NCBI RefSeq assembly: GCF_048593235.1 | Contig: NC_133620.1 | Location: 439,981,261-440,045,260 of the forward strand | From: Sminthopsis crassicaudata | Lineage: Eukaryota | DNA: 64,000 bases | Reading direction: 5' to 3' | In this document: positions 12,070 through 24,101 of the stretch, in pieces | How the letters are laid out: each line of letters starts with the position of its first letter | How positions within the stretch are numbered: position 1 is the first letter of the stretch | The notes under the pieces: generated by a model | What the model saw: the letters and a program-made list of their open reading frames with translations, nothing else | Databases searched by the model: none | Told to the model about the DNA's origin: nothing | Position numbers and translations under genes: made by a program

Positions 12070-12108
12070 TAGTGGCCCAGATGGGGATCTAACCGGCAAC
12101 CTTGGCGT
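12070..12108 (-). other. 39-nt copy of the 3' half of mature tRNA-Ile(AAT), including CCA (extended PBS)
   Basis: tagtggcccagatggggatctaaccggcaaccttggcgt versus the reverse complement of mammalian tRNA-Ile(AAT) recalled from memory, TGGTGGCCCGTACGGGGATCGAACCCGCGACCTTGGCGT: 32/39 identical, with 5 of the 7 mismatches at CpG positions. Confidence 0.88.
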
Positions 12109-14989
12109 GCCTCCAGGATCAAATGCAAAATCCTCTATTTGGTACACAAAGTCTTTCATAATGTACCTCTCACCTCCTCCAGTCTTCTCACACCTCAGGA
12201 ATATGGATATCCTTCTCTACCTCTATCCTCCATGGAGTCCTCCCTGATCTCCTCAGCTGCTAATGCATTCCCCACCTATGTATATATTTTACATATTTCT
12301 ATACATGTACATGCCATGTTCTTAAAGGAATTTAAATTACTTGAGAAAGGGGGTGGTTTTATTTTCATCTACTTATTTCTAGTGCCTAGCACATAAAAAA
12401 ATACTTAATAAGTACTTACTGATTGATTGATTGATTCCTCCTTCAGTAATTGAGGAAATGAAGAGAGAGGAATGATGTTACTAAAATTTTTTTTAAAATG
12501 GAGGGAAAGAAAAAAGTAAGCTGTGAGTTTCACTGAGGTTATTTGATTTAAGTGAAGGGAGTGGGATTTGGGAGGGAAGTTGGTGATGGGGGAAATAAAA
12601 AAAAATTTGGAGTAATTATGTGGAAAACAAGTTTTGAATGCAGTGAATTTTTCTGACAAATCAGATTTAAGATCTGAATCAGCCAATTTCCCCCAGGTCC
12701 AAATTTTCCTTCTTTAAAACCAAATAAAAGATTTCATATTTGTTCCTAATTTAAAATTGTCCTACTTTCAAAAGCCTTTGGACTTATTTATAAAATAAAA
12801 CTTATCAGTTTTTCTCTAATTATAATCCACAAAATGTCCTGAACTGGAATATCTCTAGCCATTTTTATCAAAAGCCTAACTAGTTTCCAATGCACCCCTA
12901 GGATCCTCTTTCCTGATTGGTCTCAGAAGGACTCTTCCCATAAGTGATTGGGGTAAGTTATCAGACTAAGAGAAAGAAGAAATCTTTGGTGACTTCACTT
13001 AATGGAACTGATAAGGTATTAGGGGTTGAACCTCCCAAAAATTGGGATTTAGGGCTAATGTCACTAGATGTCTCAAAAGAATTTGTAGGCTTAGACCATC
13101 CCCAAATCAAGAGGCAAAGATTTTATTTTGCTATTGGCAGTAGACTAAACTCCAAAAGGGAGTTTAGTGATTAACCCTGGAGAAAGGTGAGAGCTAAATT
13201 CCACTTGTCATTAACAATTGTGAAGACCTAAAGAACTTGCCAATGTAACTTAGTAAGGAGAGTAAGTTCCTAAAAGGAGTTATTGAAGAAGTTCTTTTAT
13301 AAGACAAAAATAACCTCAGGGATTGATATATGTAGCTTGGCTTCTGATTGGATGCAGTGACAGTGGGATCATAATTTTTTCAAAGCAAGGGATTCAATGA
13401 GGGCAGAGTGCAACAAAGGCCCACTTAAGGACAAAAAAGGGCCCACTTAAGAACAAAATAATCCTGTCAATATCTCTGTTTGCTTCAGAGAATAGTTGGC
13501 TTCTCATCTATATATTCAGACCTTCTCCTGGTAATGTCTTTCTCAATGGGCTACATAACTACCAAGGGCCTGGGACCTTTTTGCTGGGGTCTTATTTGTC
13601 TCATCAGAAACATTTATCTTTGATCTCCTGGAAAGAAAAAAAAATATTTAAAGAGAATGATTTACGTGGAATAAATAGTTTTAGTACTATAATTCTCCAG
13701 AGGTATGCTGAAAGTTGTCATTTAATCTGTTTCCTTCAGTTCCTTCAACAATAACATGGAAATAACAGCATCCACTTTTCCATGACTGTTGTGAAGACAA
13801 AAAGAGATAATGTTTGCAAAAATGTTTAATTTAGTGACTTGCAAATAGGTCCTTTATTAATTTATTTTTCTTGTAGGCATCAAGTTCTCTTGTATTCAGA
13901 GAAGCTAGTCTTAGTTTTGTCTGAGGCAACATCCATTTATTGATTGATTAGGTAAGAAATGAAGCAGAGAATGGCCTTTTTTACCTAATCAAAAAAAATG
14001 AATCTGAAGAAGATCCCCATGGTTTCTGGCCAAGAAAGAAACATTCTGAACCATCAGAGCCCAAACTATGACCCAAAAAGGCTTAGTATGGAACCTATTG
14101 TTAGCCAATCAATGAAAGCCATAGTAATCTGGGTTTAAAGCATGACACTTAAAAAAGAAATTTAGCTCCCAAACTCCAAGACCTTGGGTATTTCTCAGGC
14201 TTAGAAAGGTCAAGGTCTCCCACTACATCCAGGGCCATCTCCAATCTTTCTGACCCAAAATACCACTGGACCCAAATAGCTCTGGAGGAGAAAGTGAAGC
14301 TGATGACTTTGCACAGTTCTGACTTTCTTAAAAGCTTGCAAGTCCTGACATCACCTTCTCAAAATTATGATCTCCTTAGAGAATGAAGGACAAACAATAG
14401 CTAGCCAGTGTCTTTAGGCTGAAATATATATATATATATATATTTTTTTTTTGAACCATATTACTCAGTCACTGAAGTCTATGTCCTTATGAGAGATGTC
14501 TCTCCCCTCCCAGGAATTTCCCATGCTTTAAACTGAAAAATCCCTATTAAATTCTCAGTTGGGAATATGCTGCTCTCAACCTCATTTCAAAAGAACTCTG
14601 TTGCAGAAACTCCATAAAGTCTGATCCCTTACTCTGTTTTGGAGGACCCAACATGCTTTATGTCTGTTACACAAATGAATATAAGCAAACACAAAAGCTA
14701 AGCCTGAGGCTAGACCATGATCTACCTTCTCACTAACCACATTTTCAGGCTTTCATATGGATATGTCCCTGAAAAGCCTTCTCAGGCTTAGAACCCACTC
14801 TATTTATCTTTAACATACATAATAAACATTACTGGACCTGGTGGTCACCTCAGCCCACTCTCTTTTATCTAGATAAAAGACTTGTATGCTGATGGATTGA
14901 TCCATTGTGGTGGGGAATATGGAATCCCTTTCTCACATCATGTTTTCTCAGAATCAATTAAGGATATTAGATTAGTATAAAGTGAATTT

Positions 14990-15360
14990 CAAGATTGTCA
15001 TTTGCTCTCCAAATTCCTGTCCCTTCCATTTCACTCCTTCATTAAAATTGTTATTAAGCCTAAATCTATAGTTCTCTTGCTTCCTACACTTTTTTTGGCA
15101 GTCTCTTATCACCTCCTGCCCAGACTATTGCAGTAGTTTTCTGATTGGTCTCCTAACCTCAGGTCTCGTCCTACACCAGTCCATTGTCCACTCAGATGTC
15201 AAAATGATCTTCCTAAAGTACATCTCTGACCATGTCATCTCCTCATTCAATAAATTTGTGACTCCCAAAAAGCTTGTGTCACCTGTAGAATCAAATATAA
15301 AATCCATTGTTTGGCATTCCAAACCTGTCTCAGCCTGCCTCCCTCCTATTTTTCCAGTCC
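14990..15360 (+). mobile_element. L2 fragment
   Basis: ccagactattgcagtagttttctgattggtctcc...tcaaatataaaatcc...ttggcattc. Confidence 0.75.
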
Positions 15361-17150
15361 TTTTTTTGTTTTTCTTTTTATATTTCTTTTATTTTTTTGT
15401 TACATTTTTAGTTCTGAGCTGTCTTCTTTCCTCCTTGTCTCCCTCCCAATCTCAAACTAGAGAAGACCAATATGTGACATAGATGTATATATGCCATATT
15501 TTCACATATCAGTTCTTTCTCTGGAGCTTTATAGTGTATTCCTTCATAAATCCTTTAGAGTTGATTTGAATATTCATATAACTCAGAATAGCCTAGTCAT
15601 TCACAATTACTGTTGGAACAATATTGCTGTCACTGTATTCAACATTTTCTTGCTTTGATTCATTCCATTCTTCATTATTTCATGTAAGTCTTTTTTTTTT
15701 CCTAAAATCAACCTGCTTATCATTTCTTACAGAATAGTAGTTTTACATCACAATCACAGACCACAATTTATTCAGCCATTCCCCAAATGATGAACATCTT
15801 TTCAATTTCTAGTTCTTTGCCACTACAGAGAGAATTGATAAAAATATTTTAGAACATATAGGTCCTTTTTTGTTTTCTCCAATCATTTTGGGAATAGATC
15901 CAATAGTGGTATTGCTGGTTTAAAGGCTATAGATGATTTAATAAATCTTTTAATAATGCACCATTTTATAGCTATTTGGACATATTTCTAGATTATTCTC
16001 CAAAATTGTTGGATCAGTTTACAATTCCACCAACAATGTATTAGTATGCCATTGTTTCTACATCCCCTCCAATATTTTACATTTTCTCCTTTTATCATTT
16101 TAGCCAGTCTAATGGGTGTGAGATAGTAAAAGTGCTTTAATGTGCATTTCTCTAATTCATAGTGATTTAGATAATTTTTTCAGGTGGCTATAGATGGTTT
16201 TGATTTCTTCTTCTAAAACGGCCTATTCATATTATTTCACCATTTATCGTCAGGGCAATGATTCATATTCTTTTAAATTTGACTCAGTTATCTACATATT
16301 TGAGATACAAGGCCTTTATCTGAGAAACTTTTTGTAAAATCCAGCTTCCCCATTTTTTGCTTTCCTTTTAAAATTGGTTACATTGGTTTTATTTGTATAA
16401 GAATTTTTAAATTTAATGTAATCCAAAACCATCAAAAATTCATCTTATACATCATACTTTTCTCTTTTTCTTGTTCATTCATAAATTTTTTTCTATCTAT
16501 AAATCTGATAGGTAATATATTCCAGAGTTTTCTAATTTACTTAGGATATCTTCCTTTATGTTTCCATTTTGTATGCATTTATGTATGTTTAGGTATTCCT
16601 TTTGACCTTATTTTGTTAAATAGTATAAGATATTGGTCTATAACTAGTTTCTGCCATACTACTTTCTAGTTTTTCCAACAATTTTTACCAAATAATAAAG
16701 TCTTATCCCCAAAGCTTAAATCTTCACATTTATCAAACACAAAGTTATAATCACTTCCTACTGCATATTGTATATTCACTCTATTCTCCTGGTTTACTGT
16801 TCTATTTTTTTCTTGCTAAATGATTTTTTATTATAGCTTTTTATTGACAAGATATATGCATGGGTAATTTTAGAACATTGAAATGCCTTTTGTTCCATTT
16901 TTTTCTTTTCCTCCCCCCACACCCCTCCCCCAGATGGCAGGTTGATCAATACATGTTACATTTGTTAAAGTATAAATTAAATACAATATATGTATACATG
17001 TCCAAACAGTTATTTTTCTATACAAAAAGAATCGGACTTTGGAATAGTGTACAATTAGCCTGTGAAGGAAATAAAAAATGCTGTTGGACAAAAATAAACT
17101 TTTCTATTTTTTAGCCAGTACCAGATAAATTTTGATATCACCTTATAATA
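15360..17150 (-). mobile_element. Older L1 (ORF2 3' part and 3'UTR) with a younger L1 3'UTR fragment nested at about 16812-17101
   Basis: Diverged L1 ORF2 sequence, e.g. tttattcagccattccccaaatgatg. The nested fragment is flanked by ttctatttttt at 16800-16810 and 17102-17112. Confidence 0.85.
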
Positions 17151-17194
17151 TAATTTAAAATCTAGTCCTGCTGAACCTCCAGATCCCTGAGCCA

Positions 17195-17791
17195 TGACTC
17201 TTGAAGAGAACCAAAATGACATCATTATGTTAGGTCAAATTACAGTGTGTCCAACTGTGACTGAACAGACCAATACTAGCTCAGAATGTTTTGCTACAGT
17301 TTGGAATACTCCCTATGAACATTTGGGGTAACAATTTTGTGCATCTTGTGTTTCTTCTGAGCTAGATCAGTTCTGCTTTGTTCATAGAACACAGTATCTT
17401 CCCTGATTAGGTCATACCATGCTGGACAGTCCTGTGCCAGTGTCTCCCACGTCATGCAATCAAATCTTAAGTACAGCCATTGTGCTGACCTCATGGTTGT
17501 ATCCCTGTGAAACTTGGACAGGATACCAGCCATGCTGGGAAACTGAATCACTTCCATTTGAACTGTCTTAGGAAGTTGGTGAAGAGCATGTTGCAGGACA
17601 AGATACCAGACCCTGAGGTCCTTTCTTGTACTAAATTGCCAAGTATTCAAACTCTTTTGCAGAGAGCACAACTCCATTGGGCTGGCCACATTGTTCCAAT
17701 GCTGAATGTATACTTATCAAAAAGATTATTTTATGGAGAACTCACACAAGGCAAGCACTCACAGGGTGATCAGAAAAAAGTGATACAAGGA
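17195..17791. mobile_element. RTE-clade LINE 3' fragment with inverted 5' part (17195-17471 minus; 17472-17791 plus)
   Basis: The plus piece encodes LHWAGHIVPM...KRLFYGELTQGKHSQGDQKK. The minus piece encodes the continuation LRFDCMTWETLAQDCPAW...YEQSR. Confidence 0.9.
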
Positions 17792-17849
17792 TAAAAAATT
17801 ATGTACATACATATGAGTTCTATGCATATACATAGATGAATATGCATAA

Positions 17850-17864
17850 ATTTCAGTATAGGGC

Positions 17865-17922
<58 letters not shown>

Positions 17923-17937
17923 GCCCTATACTGAAAT
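17850..17937. repeat. Perfect 88-bp palindrome: 19-bp unique arms around (TA)25
   Basis: atttcagtatagggctatg-(ta)25-catagccctatactgaaat. Confidence 0.97.
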
Positions 17938-17984
17938 ATATATAGATATACCTATATCTAAATATAGATGCATAGTTATATATA

Positions 17985-18068
17985 CATATATATATATATA
18001 CACATGCATGTATAGACATATATGTATGGATAGCTGTATATCCATATGTATGTATATATATATGTGTA

Positions 18069-18120
<52 letters not shown>

Positions 18121-18121
18121 C
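17985..18121. repeat. (TA)n/(TATG) microsatellite and poly-T
   Basis: Seen directly in the sequence. Confidence 0.9.
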
Positions 18122-19385
18122 CATGTGGGTAGTATACTGGACTTCAAGTCAAATTTGGGCCTCACTTACTTACTTGTGTGAACCTGAGCAAATTTCTTAC
18201 TGAATCAAATGCAGTTTACTTGTTCACCTCAAACATACAATTTGGTGTAAACTGTAATTTCTGTTTTCTGTTTCTCTTTGTATTCATCTTGTTTAATCAC
18301 ATTCATTTCAGTCAATGACTACCTGGAGCAGCTGAAAGCTGCACTGATTAGCTGATATCTTACCTTATGGGTATCAAAAGTCATATTGAAATGGAAGGCT
18401 GACTGCCATTACACCCCCAAGAAGTCTTGGTGTACTGTTGGTCTTCCTGAAAACTGGCAGACACAATAACGCACTCCGTCCCCAACACACCTGTATTGTG
18501 CTCTATGGTCTACCAAATGGAAGGTCTATCAGCTAAGATGGACTTTTTTGTTTCACGTCCATCCTTGTGTTCTGCTTCTCTTTATTGGGATGAGTCTGCC
18601 TAAAACCTGAAGGACATATGCCCAATCTGACTAATTGTGCTCAGACAATAAGGCTACATTCCAGGAAACCCAAAACTCTTAGAAGTGATGGGGCTACTTG
18701 GAGTACAACCCAAAGAGATAATATGGGAATAGCTTGCACTTTTGTGGCTGCCTCAAAGTCAATGTTATCACATTAATCCACAGGCTTCTAAAAAGTCATT
18801 CTAGGTGGAAGAATAGTGAGTTATTGAACCCACAAGGTGTCTATACACCTGATGGAGCAATAGGTGGGGTTAATTCCTCATAACTATGAGACAATCTGGC
18901 TTATGTGGAAACTTTGTGTGCAACAAGTTGTAACTGACCAACACTCAGTGTTATTCCCCATGAAGGGCTACCTGACTTGAGACCTGATTCTGCTCTTTAC
19001 CCATATCTGCTATGACTTTAACTGGGCTCAGAATTTTCTTTCAATTAATTTGTTGAGCTTGTTTATGCCTTTAGTCACCACAAGAGGAACTGATAATTCT
19101 TTACTTCTCTTCCTTTTGTTACTTTCTTTTCCTTTTTTTCCTGTTTTTTGCATGTTTCTTCTTCCTATCTTCTTTCCTTCCATCTTTCCTGTATCTTTTT
19201 GTTATGCAATATTTATATGGTTATCTGTATATCTTTTAATTCTCTGGCTTCATCAACATTTTTCTTAGACTGTAATATCTGCCAAGTTTGAGGATGATCC
19301 TTGTAATTCCCATTATATAGGTCTTGCAACAGGGACAAGCATAAATAGTCATTCACTTAATAATTTGCTAATAACTAATGTTGAA

Positions 19386-20271
19386 CCTGTCAGATTAGCT
19401 AGAATGAGAATGTTGGAGAGGATGTGGGAAAACAGGGATACTGATACATTGTTGGTGGAATTGTGAATACATCCAGCCATTCTGGAGAGCAATTTGGAAC
19501 TATGCTCAAAAAGTTATCAAACTGGGCATACCCTTTGACCCAGCAGTGCTACTACTGGGCTTATATCCCAAAGAGATTTTAAAGAAGGGAAAGGGACCTG
19601 TATGTGCAAGAATGTTTGTGGCAGCCCTCTTTGTGGTGGCCAGAAACTGGAAACTACATGGATGCCCATCTGTTGGAGAATGGCTGAATAAATTGTGGTA
19701 TATGAATGTTATGGAATATTATTGTTCTGTAAGAAATGATCAGCAGGATGATTTCAGAAAGGCTGGAGAGACTGACATGAACTGATGCTGAGTGAAATGA
19801 GCAGGACCAGGAGATCATTATATACTTCAACAACAATACTGTATGATGATCAATTCTAATGAACGTGACTCTCTTCAACAATGAGATGAACCAAATCAGT
19901 TCCAGTAGAGCAGTAATGAACTGAACCAGCTACACCCAGCGAAAGAACTCTGGGAGATGACTATGAACCACTACATAGAACTCCCAATACCCCTAATTTT
20001 GTCAGCCTGCACTTTGGATTTCCTTCACAGGCTAATTGTACACTATTTCAAAGTCCGATTCTTTTTGTACAGCAAAACAACTGTTTGGACATGTATAAAT
20101 ATATTGTATTTAATTTATACTGTAACATATTTAACATGTATTGGTCAACCTGCCATCTGGAGGGGAAGGGGGAAGGAGGGGGAAAATTAGAACAAAAGGT
20201 TTGGCAATTGTCAATGTTGTAAAATTACTCATGCATATATCTGGTAAATAAAAACTATTAAAATTAAAAAA
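19386..20271 (+). mobile_element. L1 3' fragment (about 885 bp) with 16-bp TSD
   Basis: aataactaatgttgaa at 19370-19385 and 20272-20287. ORF2 C-terminal translation LLLGLYPKEILKKGKGPVCARMFVAALF. Confidence 0.96.
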
Positions 20272-21039
20272 AATAACTAATGTTGAAGGACCCTTCAGTC
20301 TAGACCGTGTAACCGATCTATAAAGGGCAAGGCCTTTGTTCAAGGACCTTGTCTCATTCTATATTTTGTATGGTTGCTAATTCTTGACTAGAAGGGATTA
20401 GTTAAAATGCCAAGGAAAGACATTATACCACTACAGCAATTGCTACCTAATGTTTTGCTTAGATAGAGTAAGAAATCATTTATAATATTCAACTATAACA
20501 CTTCATTTGTCTACACCAAACATACCTTTTTATTAAATGTTGATTTATATCTTCTGTTCCTCTTTTTAGTCACATTGTGTATTACTACTTTCTCCCTTCT
20601 TCCCATCTACACACATGTTTAGCCTCCCCTTTATCCTTACTTGCTCAGTGGGAGAATGTCACAATGGGGCATGAAGAAATTATGTTCTGGTTGTAATAAC
20701 TTTATGATTTGATGTTGAGAGTACTGTATACTTGTGTTAGACCATGTTAGCAATGAAGCTAAAATTCAACTGAATGTGACAGCTTACAAGGTATTAGAAG
20801 AAGCTCCATCATCTTTACAAGGACCAAGGAGATTTACATATGTGTTCCACATGTGAATCATGACTGAAACCCTAACTCAGAAATGAATGCTTTTATTTGC
20901 TTCTATCAGAGGATTAGCAAGACAAGAGGAATTGATTACTGTATTCTAATAACAGTACTGACAACACAAAGCATGCACTTTGTGATCATCATGCACAGGT
21001 GATATCAGAGCTAGAAGAGACCTTTAGGATCATCTGGAC

Positions 21040-21103
21040 CAGGAATTCCTAAACTTTTTCCACTTGCAACCTTTTTTCACTGGAGAAATGTCTACATGAC
21101 CTT

Positions 21104-21170
<67 letters not shown>

Positions 21171-21280
21171 AAAAGGTATACAAATGAAACATTTACTGAT
21201 AATAAATCATAATTTCACAACTCCCACATTCAATGACAAGATCCTATATGGAGGCATGAATCATAACTTAAGAAGCTGGG
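21040..21280. mobile_element. hAT (Charlie-like) MITE containing a (TA)n expansion
   Basis: TIR-like ends caggaattcctaaac and ttaagaagctggg. 8-bp flanks atctggac/acctagac resemble the NTCTAGAN target. A related copy lies in the opposite orientation at 35076-35266. Confidence 0.75.
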
Positions 21281-22559
21281 ACCTAGACCAACTTTCTGGT
21301 TTTAAAGATGAGGAATCTTCATCCCAGAAAAAATAAGAGATTTGCCTAAGATCACTCAACAGAGCAGTGAGAGATTCAGAAAAGGAACAAAAGTAACCAG
21401 TTCAATGTTCTTTCTTTTATATCAGGATGAACATGGCACATAATTATTTGGAGTGGATGGGATTCGGGCAATAGTCTCAGTGATTAAGCATTCCTGGGTT
21501 TTCCTATTTAATGAATATGTATTTATACCCCTTCCCACACATATTCTACTTTCATTTATGATTTTTGAATTAGAATCAAAGAATCATATGGTTTCAGATA
21601 TGGAAGGGAACTTGGAAATCAACTAGTTTGACCTGTATGTAAAGGATGAATTCCCTTTCCTTTTTTTTCTGGCTTTCATTTTTTACACTTCCACTGAGGG
21701 AGAATGCACTCTTCTGAGGCAGCTTATTCCACATTTGAAAAGCTCAGATTTTTTAGGAATATTTTTATTGCATCACTTGTCTAACCATATCATTCCAATG
21801 CAATATTTGAGAAGATTTAAAAATTAAGTGTAGTAACAATATCTAATGTTTATGGAGTGTTTGGGGTTTGAAAAGTTATTTACAACTCTGTGATATAAAA
21901 GGTATTATTATCCCCATTTGATAGATGAGGAGACTGAGCATAAAATATGTTAAATGACTTTCTCAGGTTCATAAAATAATAGTATCTGAAGTAGGATTAA
22001 AATTTAGGTTCTCCTCATAGGCTAATACTTTATGCCATCAACTGATCATATTGACATTGGAAATGAAGTCATCCATATTTTGTTTTATTACATAATTATA
22101 GCCTGTCAAGATGATGGGAAATCCAAATTCTGTCCTCTAACACAATAATTAATTCTTCAAGTTTCATGTCATCTCAATTTGATGGTTGAGGATCTGTCCT
22201 TGGTACTGCACTATTCAATAGTAAGTCAAGTCAACTCAATTCAAATAATATTTACTATCTGCTGCAGACCAAGAGCATAAGTGATGTTAAAATGAAAGTG
22301 AGACAGTCTCTGTTCTCAAAGGACCTTACATCTGTAACTTGGGTGGAGGAATGGATAGTATGCTAATCAATTCTGGTGGTGATGCAAAGCTTTTGGACTA
22401 AATATGATATATTGAAAAAAGCACCAGACTTGAAATCAAAAACTGGGTTCAAATTTGGGTTTTGCTTTAACTTTTGGCAACCCGTTTCTCTAGTCTCAAT
22501 CAATCAAAGGAAGAGCATGGATTAAAGTTCTACAGCTTCAAATTTTGTACTTACTTATG

Positions 22560-23770
22560 GATAGCTAACAAATTGGAAGAGAGAATGTAAAAAGATCTCA
22601 GTAGGCTAGAATGATAGAGTGAGTACAAAAATAAAAATTTCTACATTCAAATTTTTAAAAACATTGCAATATGTATAGGAGATAACATGATAGAATGGGA
22701 AGAATACTGAGTTTGAAGCAGAAAACAGGAGTTCTAATCCTATCCGTGTCATTTACTTACCATGGGATTTTAGGCAAATCATTTAAACTCTGGTTTTCCA
22801 TTTCCCCATTTTTAAAATAAGGAAATTGGATTATATAACCTGTAAGGTCCCCTATGATCCTATCTTAGGAAGAAAGAGTCATGACTAGACAATAATAAAA
22901 TATCTAAGGGTTAGTGAACTGCAAGTGCAATATGTCAACAATGTGATATGGACAGGGGGAAGAAGCATTTATATAAATAGCACTACTATGTTCCAAGCAT
23001 TGTACTAAGGTGCTTTACAAATATTTTCTCATTTGATCCTCATAACAATACTGGGAGATGGATGTTATTATCATCCCTATTCTATAGATAAGGAAACTGA
23101 GGCAAACAGAGGTTAAGTTGCCTAGGCTCGCAAAACTAGGATCTGAAACTACATTTGAGGTGAGATTTTTCTGACTCCAGACCCATAACTCTATCCATTA
23201 TATTACCTATATACCTTGAAATGCCTCTAATATGGCAGTCAAAATGTTAATTTGATATGAGATTATGTTAAGAGAACACAATTTGCAGGATAGAATAAGT
23301 CATGATCCCACAATACTGTGTTTTGGCCAGTCCAGTTCTCTATGGGAATCACATTTTTTTGGAAAGAACACTTGAAAGAACTAATGTGAATCTAGAGGAA
23401 AGAAAAACAGACAGATGAAGGAATTGAAGACCATAATCTATGAGAACCAAGTGACAGAACCAAAGGTATTTAGCCTAAAGAAAATAATCTTCAGGCTGGA
23501 AATCATAGTTGTTTTCACATAGTTAAAAAGTTATTATGTGGAAAAAGTGTTATTCCTTTACTGGTTAACACTAGAGGAGAAGATGAAATGAAATGGGTAG
23601 AAATTGCAGAAATGGATTTAGGATTGTTTCAAGGCTATTCAAAAATGGCATTAACTGTCTCAGAAAGGATGGAGATTTCTATCACTGGACATATTCAAGA
23701 GGAGGCTAGCTGACCCCACATCAAAGGTGTTATAATAAAAGATTAATGTTTGAATATACATTGAGCTAAG
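22560..23770 (+). mobile_element. L3/CR1 LINE 3' fragments interrupted by MIRs
   Basis: Diverged CR1 RT and 3' sequence (gatctcagtaggctagaatg; tttagcctaaagaaata; tcactggacatattcaagaggaggct). Confidence 0.7.
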
Positions 23771-23907
23771 GACTTCCTATTAGGAGCAGGATGAGTAGAA
23801 AGTAGTAATGAAAAGAGTTAATCAAACCTTCCTAAGCTCTGGAAGGCCTTATCTTAACTCCCATGTTCACTAGCAAACTAGGAACTCAAAGGACAACTAA
23901 TGTAGAC

Positions 23908-24101
23908 CAGGTGTTTTTGACTTTTTTATACCGTGAGCCCCTTTGACAGTCTAGTGAAGCCTATGGAACCCTTATAGAAGAATGTTTTGAATGTATAAAA
24001 TGGAACATATAAGATTATAAAGGAAATTAATTATATTGAAATACAATAATCAAAATATTAAAACAGAAATGAGTTCATGAATCCCAGGTTAAGAACTCAT
24101 G
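23908..24101. mobile_element. hAT Charlie-family MITE
   Basis: Ends caggtgtttttgac and ggttaagaactcatg, with internal ccctttgacagtctagtgaagcctatgga. A similar element lies at about 50214-50452. Confidence 0.7.

Larger units (their letters stand above)
10215..12437 (+). mobile_element. L2 3' end (pieces 10215-10291 and 12109-12437) interrupted by nested insertions
   Basis: aataaactccagtggtttccaattg joins cctccaggatcaaatgcaaaatcctc to give a continuous L2 segment. L2 terminus and gatt repeats at about 12380-12437. Confidence 0.85.

Noticed and set aside
13417-13460. Short tandem duplications (ggcccacttaag x2; also near 9176, 35451 and 58354)
   Set aside because: Ordinary slippage-type duplications with no further structure.
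10441-20271. Two L1 fragments 5'-truncated within about 30 bp of each other (about 860 and 885 bp)
   Set aside because: Two events are too few to claim a truncation hotspot, and the length is typical of truncated L1.
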